From: Macrostomum lignano
Taxonomy: Eukaryota
NCBI GenBank assembly: GCA_002269645.1
Contig: NIVC01002069.1
Span: 1-64,000 of the forward strand
Reading direction: 5' to 3'
DNA length: 64,000 nt
Shown here: positions 11,401-23,400 of the stretch, piece after piece
Layout: every line of letters starts with the position of its first letter
Position numbering within the stretch: the first letter of the stretch is position 1
Made by a program: the position numbers and the translations under genes
Notes under the pieces: generated by a model
Databases searched by the model: none
What the model saw: only the letters and a program-made list of their open reading frames with translations
Told to the model about the DNA's origin: nothing

Positions 11401-14400
11401 AGGCAAGCTGGGCTCCAATACTCTCACTAGCTGGCAATAATCTGCCAGTAGAAAGTCGCGGAGGCCGTCATACCAAGATACTGGCAAGACGTCAACGCTT
11501 AAATAGCGAGATTTGATTCGCAATGAAGGCGATGCGTTGGCAGCAGTCTTGCCAGCCTGAAGGCTGTACCATTGTTCAGTCTGGCTGAGAATCTCGTGCA
11601 CCGGCAGGTGAACTTCGCCAATTAATTGATTTTGATCTTTCTTCTTCTTGCGATTGGCTTCGCGAAACAGTTTCACTGTTACTAAGCTGATCTCTTGTAG
11701 ATTGCTGCAGGGGTGTTGGGAGGGGAGATTAAGCATTTGTAGGGCTCAGATTTGAATAGGGATTATCATATCATATCATATCATCTAAAGAGAGCGCTTC
11801 TCTTAAGGATTAGGGGCGACTCTCAAGGGGATAAAGGGGCGATTCTCCCGGGGATTAAGCGGCGATTCTCCCGGGGATTGAGGGGCGAGTCCCTAGGGAA
11901 TTAAGGGGCGATTCTTAAAGGGATTAAACATCGATTCTCCAGGGGATTAAGGGGCGAGTCTCAAGGGGATTAAGGGGCGATTCTTCAAGGGATTAAGGGA
12001 CGATTCTCAAGGGGATAAGGGACGATTTTTAAGGGATTAAGAGGCGAGTCTCAAGGGGATTAAGGAAAGTCTTCGCATTCGGTTTAAAAAAATAAATCAA
12101 ATCGGCCTTCTAAATAAATATTGAACAGTTCAAGTGCACTAAGTGTAAACGCATTAATACTATAATAAATTTAGTATTCCCGATGAAGGTGAACAGCATC
12201 CTCCAGTTTGTATGCAGATGCAGATTTAGGCTTAACACCTAGAAGCGGGACAAACAGACAGGCGGGCAGACAGTTTTGAGATGCACAAGCAACTGCTGTC
12301 GCCAAAAAAGAAGAAGTACAACACGTGATATGGGATAGGATTATGCGCGAATCCCAGCTTAAAAAAATCCTGTCGCTAGGAAAGCTCGCATCCCTAGACT
12401 TACTAGGCGATGGGAAAAAAATCCCACCCCTTACCATAAGCTAGCTTGGCTGTCTGTCCGGCTGTCTGGCCAAATATGTGGCATTTTCAACGACTGATCC
12501 GGAGAGCGGGACGAAAAAAGAGGAAGGCAAAAATGGCGCTTAAGTCCCAGTGCCGCTGCTACAAGCATTGCTCTTAATATTTATCTTATACTAAAGTTGG
12601 TGTGATGTTTGTCTGTATGTCAGTTGCATATCTATATATACTAAAGTTGACGCGTTGTTTGTCTGTCTGTCTGTCATTTCGACAACTCCTCCTTGAATAG
12701 TGCCAACTCAGCGTTGAAACTTATATGGGAAGATTGGAAATTATCCGAGGTCGGCTATAGGCTATTTTAATTCTGAAATTTTAATTTCTAAGATCCTCAA
12801 AAAAGCAGAAAACGGCGGTCTTGACCTTTGATAATCTTAATTGTCCCCTCTTTCTGCTTGGAGCTGAAAATCTGCATGAATTTTAAGTGATTGCGCCATA
12901 AAATTTTGCTAACTTGGCAGTGTTTTTTCTCTCCAGTGGGGGATAGGAGCGTTCTCAGTGGCGGCGTGTGTACACTTGGACCCTAGCTAACTGGCGGACA
13001 GTGAAATTCAATGCATCAATTTGCGAGCCTCTCTAGCAGGCAGTGAACGTACACTCGATATTTCAATGCTTTAAATCAGAAAGTTTCAAATGCTAACTGT
13101 TGCTCGATTTTTGAACTTTGAGAGGAGAGACTTATATTGCTGGAAAGATCTTGCAACGCTGAGTTCAGGGATATAAGTTGTTTGCTTTAACTGTAAAAAT
13201 TAAAAGCACAGCATTCAAAAAACGATTTTATTACTTTTACTTTTAACTTGCTGCAAAGATTGTACTTATTTTTGCGATAGGTCAGAGATAAATTTGGGGG
13301 GTTCAATTGCTAATTGCCACTGCGTAGTGGAAGGCGGTCGGGCGCTGTGTATTGGAGGGTTGATTTAGATTGCGCAATGTTTTTCTTAACTTTAACTGAG
13401 ACTGATACTGACTGACTGTGAAATCGGTTGCGCCATCAATTTGTTTTATTATCTGTGCCTTTCAATAGGCTGCCCTGTGTAATAGCCAGCCTGTGTAATG
13501 AATGAATAAATTTGCGAGCCTCTTTGGAAGGCAGTGAACGTACACGCGATATTTCAATGCCTTAAAACGGGAACTTTCAAACGCTAACTGCTCTTCGAGT
13601 TCTAAACTTTAAGAGAAGATACTTATACTGCTGAAAAGATCTTGCAACGCTGAGTTCGAGGATATAAATTGTTTGCTATAAATGTAAAGACTAAAAGAGC
13701 AGCATCAAAAAAACTATTTCCATACTTTTAGCTTTCTGCAAAGATTGTACTCATTTTAGGATTTCAATGGCGTTCGACCGACCCCCCAACAGTTAGGAGG
13801 TCGGTCGGTGTGTATTTGAGGGTTGATTTAGATTGCGCAATCTGTTTGTTAACTTTAACTGAGACTGATACTGACTAACACAGAAATATATTGCACAATC
13901 AATTGATTCAATTGGTTCATTTTTTATTATCGGCCCTGTGTATTAGTTTGGCAGTGAAATTCAATGAATAAACTTGCGAGCTTCTCTAGCAAGTAGTCGG
14001 GAAATTGGTAAATTCAAACGCTAACTGTTCCTCGAGTTTTAAACTTTCAGAGGAGAAACTTATATTGCTGGAAAGATCTTGCAACGCTGAGTTCGGGGAT
14101 ATAAGTTGTTTGCTTTAAATATAAAAAGAAAAAGCACAGCATTGAAAAAACTATTTCGATGCTTTTAACTTTCTGCAAAAATTGTGCTCAGTTTTGCGAG
14201 ACGTAATAGATAAAGTTGGGGGGAGGGTTCAACTTCTCACTGCTGCTGTGTATTGGAGGGTTGATTTAGATTGCGCAATGTTTTTGTTAACTTTAACTGA
14301 GACTGATACTGACTGACTGTGAAATCGGTTGCACCATCAATTTGTTTTATTATCTGTGCCTTTCAATACGCTGCCCTGTGTAATAGCCGGCCTGTGTAGT

Positions 14401-17400
14401 GAATGAATCAACTTGCGAGCCTCTTTGGCAGGCAGTGAACGTACACTCGATATTTTAATGCTTTAAAACGGAAACTTTCAAACGCTAACTGCTCTTCGAG
14501 TTCTAAACTTTAAGAGAAGAGACTTATACTGCTGAAAAGATCTTGCAACGCTGAGTTCGAGGATATAAATTGTTAGCTTTCAATATAAAGACTAAAAGAG
14601 CAGCATCAAAAAAACTATTTCCATACTTTTAGCTTTCTGCAAAGATTGTACTCATTTTTTGGTTCAATGCCCCCAACAGATGGGGGTTCAATTTCTAACT
14701 GCCACAGCGTATTGAAAAGGAGTCGGTCTCTGTGTACTGGAGGGTTGATTTAAATTGCGCAATCTTTTGGTTAAATTTAACTGAGACTGATACTGACTGT
14801 GAAATCGGTTGCGCAATGAATTGATTCAATTAGTTCAATATTTTTATCTGTGCCTTTTAACACGAAGCTGTGCGTAGTTCTAACCCTAACCCTAACCCTA
14901 ACCCTAACCCTAATGAATCTGGCGAGTTAAGTTGTTTGACGGAAAAAATTCGATTAAGTCAAGTTTAACGGAGACGATTTCAATGTTTAAATTCTGACGG
15001 AGAAGATTTCTGTTTCGTGGAGAGGATTTCGATGATGTTCAGTTTCACGAAAGGATTTCCATGGTGTTCAGTTTCACGGAGAGGATTTCGATCATGTTCA
15101 GCTTCACGGAGAGGCTTTCTGTTTCGCGGAGATAATTTATGATTGATTTCTGTTTTATGGAAACAATTTTGATGGATTTAAGTTTCAAGGAGAGGATTTC
15201 GAAGGAGTCCAGTTTCACTGAGAGGATTTCGATGGTTTTTAGTTGCACAGACAGGATTTTTGCTTCGCGGAGAGGATCTTGATGGATTTGGCATCTTCAA
15301 TCAGTCAGAGAAGAGAGTAAAGAGAAGACTGAAAAGAGAAGAGAGAAGAGATGATAGAAAACAGAGTATAATTGAGTGGAGAGATTAGACATGACAGATT
15401 GGAGATGATAGGAGAGAGAATAGATGAGGGATAAGAGCGTACAGAGGCAATAGAAGAGAGGGGAGAGTAGAGGAGAAAGAAAGAGTGAGATGAGGAGATG
15501 AGGGATGAGAGAGCAGGGGAGAGAGGAGACAGGAGAGAGTACAGACGAAAGACTAGGGAGAAGATATAAATAAGGTAGTAAAGATGAGAGGAGAGAGAGG
15601 AGAGAGAAGCGAAAGGAGAAGAGAGTGAGGAGAGAGGAGAGAGATGAAAGGAGCAAGGAAAGGAGAAAAGAGAGAATGGAGAGAATAGAAAAGAGAGAAG
15701 AGAAGAGACAGGGGATAGTGAAAAGGAGGAAGAAAGATGGGAGACAAGAAAGTAGTGTCAGAGCGTATATGAAATATGAGAAATGAGAGCAGAGAGAAGA
15801 GAAAAGAGAAGAGAGAGAGAGGGTTAAGAGAGACGATAGATAAGTGAGTAGAGATGACATATGAGAGAGGAGAGAAGAGGGAGAGATAAGAGTGAAGAGA
15901 GGAGACAGAAGACAGGAGAAGGTACAGACGAAAGACGAGGGAGAAGAGATAAATAAGGGAGCAGGGGTAGAGATGAGATGAGAGAGAGGAGAGAGGAGAT
16001 ATGAGAGACTTGAGAGTCTTTGAGCTATGGTCTTTGAAAGATTTTGTAAAGAATTTGGAGACGATTTGGAAGATAGGGTTAAAGACATGGAATTTCAGTT
16101 GATGGATATTTCAGGGAATAGAATTCCGGTGATGGGAGTTCTTCCCCTTTCTCCTCCGAAGGAGGAGTTCCACTCGTCTTATACTAAAGTTGGTGTGATG
16201 TTTGTCTGTATGTCAGTTGCATAACTCCTCCTAGAATACTTGCAACTCAGAGTTGAAACTCATATGGGAAAACTGCAAATTTTCCGGGTCAGGCTATAGG
16301 CTATTTTAATCTTTCATTTTTACATTTTAAGATCCCTAAAAAAGCAGAAATAATAGAACAATAGGGGAATATGCCCATCTTGCGTAATTTGCAATGATTG
16401 CGCCACAACAGCTGGCCTATCTGTGTAGTGTATTCTTTCAGCTGAAGGGGGTGTAACCGGGCCGGTTGACATCAATTTTTAGCGATTGCGCCACAATTTT
16501 TTGCATTGAGCACTGGGGCAAATAAAACCCCCGTACGTATTGGGGGTGTTAGGGCTTCAGTAAAATTCAATGAATAAATTTGCGAGCCTCCCTATGTAGC
16601 AGGCAGTGAACGTACACTCAAAAATTCAATGCTTTAAATTAGGAAATTTCAAACGCAAACTGTTCCCCGAGTTTTTAACTTAGAGAGAAGAGACTTATAT
16701 TGCTGGAAAGATCTTTCAATGCTGATTTCAATTATATAAATTGTTTGCATTAAATATGAAAACTAAATGCTCTGCATTGGAAAAACTATTTCCATTCTTT
16801 TAACTTTCTGCAAAGAGTGTACTCATTTTGGATTGAATGGGGGTTCGACCGACCCCCCAACAGTTGGGGGGGGGGGGTGGGTTCAATTTCTAACCGCCAC
16901 TGCGTATTGCAAGGGGTCAGTCTCTGAGCATTGGAGGGTTGATTTAGTTTGCGTAATAATTTTAACCGAGACTGATACTGACTGACGGAGAAATGAATTG
17001 CGCCATCAATTTGTTTTATTATTTGTGCCAGCAGGCAGTAGTGAACGTACACGCGATATTTCAATGCTTTAAAACGGGAACTTTCAAACGCTAACTGCTC
17101 TTCGAGTTCTAAACTTTAAGAGAAGAGACTTATACTGCTGAAAAGATCTTGCAACGCTGAGTTCGAGGATATAAATTGTTTCAAAAAACTATTTCCATAC
17201 TTTTAGCTTTATGCAAAGATTTTACTCATTTTTTTGTTCAATGCCCCCAAAAGTTTGAGGTTCAATTTCTAACTGCCACTGCGTATTGAAAAGGGGTCGG
17301 TCTCTGTGTACTGGAGGGTTGATTTAGATTGCGCAATTTTTTTGCTAACTTTAACTGAGACTGATACTGACTGACTGTGAAATCGGTTGCGCAATCAATT

Positions 17401-20400
17401 GATTCAATTGGTTCATTTTTTATTTGAACACGCAGCTGTGTGTAGCTCTAACCCTAACCCTAACCCTTAACAATAACCAATGAATCCTGATATTTATTCT
17501 TTTTGACGGAGGAAATTTCGATTGAGTCCAGTTTAAAAGAAAGAATTTCGATGGTTTTCAGTTTCACGGAGAGGATTTCTGTTTCGCGGAGAGGATTTCG
17601 ATTCTCTTCAGTTTCACGGAGAGGATTTCGATGGTTTTCAGTTGCACGGACAGGATTTCTGCTTCGCGGAGAGGATCTTGATTGATTTGGCATCTTCAAT
17701 CAGTCAGAGAAGAGAATAAAAAGAAGAATGAAAAAAGAAGAGATATGAGATGGTAGAAAACAGAGTAGAAATGAGTGGAGAGATTAGACATGACAGATGG
17801 GAGAGAAGAGGGGATTAAGGCGGGAACGAAGGACAGAAAAGCGAAGAGGAGAAAGGAGATGAGAGGGGATATATGAGATAGCAAAGGGAGACAAGAGAGA
17901 TAATAGGAGAGAGAATAGATGAAGGATAAGAGCGTACAGAGGAAATAGAAGAGAGGGGAGAGTAGAGGAGAAAGAAAGAGTGAGATGAGGGATGAGAGAT
18001 GAGAGAGGAGCGGAGAGAGAAGAGAGAAAAGAGGAGAAAAAAGGGGAGAAAAGAGACAGACGAGAGTAGAGACGAAAGACGAGGGAGAAGATATAAATAA
18101 AGTAGTAGAGATGAGAGGAGAGGGAGGAGTGAGAAGCGAAAGGAAAAGAGCGAGAGGAGAGAGGAGAGAGGTGAAAAATCAGAGATGAGAGAGTTAAGAG
18201 AGGGAAGTAGTGAGGAGAGGAGAGAAGAGAGATGCGAGGAGAAGAGATGAGTGAGAACATAAGAGAAAAGAGATTAGAGATTAGAAAAGAGAGAAGAGAA
18301 GAGACGGGGGGTAGTGGAAAGGAGGAAAGAAAGATGGGAGACAAGAAAGTAGAGTCTGAGACCGTATATGAGATATAAGAAATGAGAGCAGAGAGGAGAG
18401 AAGAGAGAGAGAGAGAGAGAGGGTTAAGAGAGACGATAGATAAGTGAGTAGAGATGACATATGAGAGAGAAGAGAAGAAGGAGAGATAAGAGAGAAGAGA
18501 GGAGACAGGAGACAGAAGTGAAGAATAGAGATGTGATAGAACAGAGAACAGAGGAGACAGGAGGGGGTACAGACGAAAGACGAGGGAGAAGAGATAAATA
18601 AGGGAGTAGGGGTAGATATGAGATGAGAGAGGAGAGAGAAGAGAGTCACGATAATAGCGAAGAGAGGAGAGAGGAGATATAAGAGACGTGAGAGTCTTTG
18701 AGCAATGGTCTTTGAAAGGTTTTGTAAAGAATTTGGAGACGATTTGGAAGATAGGGTTCAAGAGATGGAATTTCAGTTGATGAATATTTCAGGAAATGGA
18801 ATTCCGGTGATGGGAGTTCTTCCCCTTTCTCCTCCGAAGGAGGAGTTCCACTCGTCTTAATACTAAAAGTGGTGCGATGTTTGTCTGTCTGTATGTTGCA
18901 ATTTTTCTCCTAGACTACTTGCAACTCAGCGTTGAAACTTATATGGGTAAACTGCAAATTTTCCGGGTTGGGTTTATAGCTATTTTAATCTTTCATTTTT
19001 ATATTTTAAGATCCCTAAAAAAGCAGAAATAATAAAACAATAGGGAATATGATCCACCTTGCGCAACTCTTAGTGATTGCGCCACAACAGCTGGCCTATC
19101 TGTGTAGTGTATTCTTTTAGCTAAAGGGGTGTAACTGGGCCAGTTGGCATCAATTTTTAGTGATTACGCCACAACTTTTTCCTATCTCGGCAGTGTATTT
19201 TCTCTCCAATGGGGGAATGGGGGCATTCTCAGTGGCTGCGTGTGTACAATCGGACCCTAGCTCACTGGCTGATTGTATAGACAATTGCGCAACGATATGT
19301 TTTCTGATTTTCAATAGGCAGCCCTGTGTATTTGTTGGACACTGTGTATTTGTTGGACAGTAAAATTCAATGAATAAACTTGCGAGCCTCCCACTGCTGC
19401 AGGCAGTGAACGGACACTCGATAGTTCAATTCCTTAAAACGGGAAATTTCAAAGCCAAACTGTTCCTTGAGTTTTAAACTTTAAGAGAAGAGACTTATAT
19501 TGCTGGAAAGAGGTTGCAATGCTGAGTTAGGGGATATAAGTTGTTTGCTCTAAATGTGAAAATTGAAAGCACAGCATTCAAAAAGTGATTTCCATACTTT
19601 TAACTTTTTGCAAAGATTGTACTCCATTTCGGGGGTTCAATGAGGGTTTGACAGACTCCCAACAGTGGGGGGGTTCAATTTCTAGCTGCACTGCGTATTC
19701 GAAGGGGTTCGGTCGCTGTGTATTGGAGGGTTGATTTAGATTGCGCAATTTTTTTGTTAACTTTAACCGAGGCTGATACTGACTGCCTGAGAAATAAGTT
19801 GCGCAATTTAATTGGTTCAATGTTTTAACGGCGCCTTTCAACACGCAGCTGTGTGTAGCTCTAACCCCTAACCATAACCAATGAATTCTGAGAGCTGGGT
19901 TCTGTTTGACGGAGAAATTTCGATTGAGTCCAGTTACACGGAGAGGATTTTCGCGGAGAGGATTTTGATGGTGTTCAGTTTCACGGAGGCAATTTCTGTT
20001 TCGCGGAGAGTTCAGGAAATGGGATTCCGGTGATGGGAGTTCTTCCTCTTTCTCCTCCAGCGGAGGAGTTGGCCTCGTTCCATATACTAAAAATGGTCTG
20101 TCGGTATATGTGTGTGTGATCGATTTTTAGCAAAAATGGCTCAACCGATTTTGTTCAAACTTGCACCATTCGATCAGAAATTTTTCCGTGACGGTACATG
20201 CATCGTGGCTAAGAAATTGCTCGATGCTAAAGGGATTAAATATTCGAAAAACATGCTTTTTGCAAAGGTCAAGCAGCTATTTCGACTTGAAACGCACTGT
20301 AAAAATGCTAGAGAAAAAACTGACTGGTTGAATTCTGATTCTGAAATAGATTGCATCACAATACACTTTATTTATCGTCTGTGTACTGGCTGAATTTGAC

Positions 20401-23400
20401 ACTCAATTGAATTGCATCACAGCTTTGAGTGTGAAAGTATAGTGCAGTACTGAATTTATATTACGTAACCATATTGTTAGCTTTCATAGACACTGGTACT
20501 GACTTGCCTAAGAAATTGATTATGTCATAACTGCTTCGCGTGACTTTTTACTCTACCTGACTTGGTGTGAGTGTTGAATTATATAAGTGGTACAAATTCA
20601 CTGATAACTTCGATGAGAGCTAGCCTAGAGCTGAGCAGACCAGACTGCTAATGCAGCAACCTGGGTTCGAATCTAAGTAGTTTAAAAGTAGTAGTGTAAT
20701 TTTTTTTATTAAAAGCTTTTATTAAAGGACTAAATAAAAACACTTAGATTACTGCACTCGATAAGCTAAGGATTATTGCTCTTGGCAAACCAAGGAATAC
20801 TGCACTCGATAAGCCAAGGATTATTGCTATTAATAAACCAAGGATTACTGCACTCAATAAACCAAGGACTATTGCTCTTGGCAAACCAAGGATTACTGCA
20901 CTCGATAAGCCAAGGACTATTGCTCTTGGCAAACCAAGGATTACTGCACTCAATAAACCAAGGACTATTGCTCTTGGCAAACCAAGGATTACTGCACTCG
21001 ATAAGCCAAGGACTATTGCTCTTGGCAAACCAAGGATTACTGCACTCGATAAGCCATAGATTATTGCTATTAATAAACCAAGGATTACTGCACTCGATAA
21101 GCCAAGGATTATTGCTATTAATAAACCAAGGATTACTGCACTCGATAAACCAAGGATTATTGCTATTAATAAACCAAGGATTATGCACTTGGCAAACCAA
21201 GGATTACTGCACTCGATAAGCCAAGGACTATTGCTCTTGGCAAACCAAGGATTACTGCACTCGATAAGCCATGGATTATTGCTATTAATAAACCAAGGAT
21301 TACTGCACTCGATAAGCCAAGGATTATTGCTATTAATAAACCAAGGATTACTGCACTCTATAAACCAAGGACTATTGCTCTTGGCAAACCAAGGATTACT
21401 GCACTTGATTAATCAAGGATTATTGCTATTAATAAACCAAGGATTACTGCACTCGATAAGCCAAGGATTATTGCTATTAATAAACCAAGGATTACTGCAC
21501 TCGATAAGCCAAGGATTATTGCTATTAATAAACCAAGGATTACTGCACTCGATAAGGCATGGATTATTGCTATTAATAAACCAAGGATTACTGCACTCGA
21601 TAAGCCAAGGATTATTGCTATTAATAAACCAAGGATTACAGCACTCGATAAGCCAAGGATTATTGCTATTAATAAACCATGAATTACTGCACTCGATAAG
21701 CCAAGGATTATTGCTATTAATAAACCAAGGATTACTGCACTCATAAGCCATGGATTATTGCTATTAATAAACCAAGGATTACTTACTGCACTTGGCAAAC
21801 CAAGAATTACTGCACTCGATAAGCCATGGATTATTGCTATTAATAAACCAAGGATTACTGCACTCGATAGCCAAGGATTACTGCGCTTGATAAGCTTGGC
21901 TACATGTATAGGATTATTTCTATCCAGGGATGCTTGCTATTTAGGGATTCTTGCTATGTGCAGGATGCTTGCTATCTGGAAGGATGCTTCTACATTATTT
22001 GGGGTATGCTTGCTATCTGCAAGATGCTTGCTATCTGCAGATGCTTGCTATCTGGGTGGATGCTTGCTAGGAGTATTAGGGGATGCTTGCTACTGGGGGA
22101 TGCTTGCTGTCTTGGGAATATTTTCTATTTAGGGGTAATGACTAAAATTCATGAGAGCTAGCCTAGAGGTAAACAAACTAAACTGCTAAATGCAGGGACG
22201 ATGGTTCGAATTTTTAGAGAGTAGAGTTTTTTTAATTAAAGCTTTTTAACGCCAAGACAAAAAAAAATTATGGAAGCGTCATGTAAACAATCATACAAGC
22301 GTCATGTAAACAATCATACAAGCGTCATGCAAACAATCATAGAAGCGTCATGTTAACAATCATACAAGCGTCATGTAAACAATCATAGAAGCGTCATGTT
22401 AAAATCATAAAAGCGTCATGTAAACAATCATAGAAGCGTCATAAAAAAATCATAAAAGCGTCATGTAAAAATCATAAAAGCGTCATGTAAACAATCATAA
22501 AAGCGTCATGTAAAAAATCATAGAAGCGTCATAAAAAAATCATAGAAGCGTCATGCAAACAATCATAGAAGCGTCATGTTAAAATCATACAAGCGTCATG
22601 TAAACAATCATACAAGCGTCATGTAAACAATTATAGAAGCGTCATGTAAAAAATCATAGAAGCGTCATGTTAAAATCATAAAAGCGTCATAAAAAATCAT
22701 AGAAGCGTCATGTAAACAATCATACAAGCGTCATGTAAACAATCATAGAAGCGTCATGTAAACAATCATAGAAGCGTCATGTAAAAATCATAGAAGCGTC
22801 ATGTAAAAATCATAGAAGCGTCATGTAAACAATCATAAAAGCGTCATGTAAACAATCATAGAAGCGTCATGTAAACAATCATAGAAGCGTCATGTAAACA
22901 ATCATAGAAGCGTCATGTAAACAATCATAAAAGCGTCATGTAAACAATCATAAAAGCGTCATGTAAACAATCATAGAAGCGTCATGTAAACAATCATAGA
23001 AGCGTCATGTAAAAATCATAGAAGCGTCATGTAAAAATCATAGAAGCGTCATGTAAACAATCATAGAAGCGTCATGTTAAAATCATAGAAGCGTCATGTT
23101 AACAATCATACAAGCGTCATGTAAACAATCATAGAAGCGTCATGTAAAAAATCATAGAAGCGTCATGTTAAAATCATAAAAGCGTCATAAAAAATCATAG
23201 AAGCGTCATGTAAACAATCATAGAAGCGTCATGTAAACAATCATAGAAGCGTCATGTAAAAAATCATAGAAGCGTCATGTAAAAATCATAGAAGCGTCAT
23301 GTAAAAATCATAGAAGCGTCATGTAAAAAATCATAGAAGCGTCATGTAAAAAATCATACAAGCGTCATTTAAACAATCATAGAAGCGTCATGTAAACAAT

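Noticed and set aside
15297-18761. Leu/Ser-rich hydrophobic ORFs
   Set aside because: Reverse complement of GA-rich low-complexity tracts within the Helitron-like units.
20744-22132. Repeat ORFs, and a possible CRISPR-like repeat-spacer pattern
   Set aside because: The alternating 24-bp subunits are themselves repeated, so there are no unique spacers; eukaryotic context with no cas genes.
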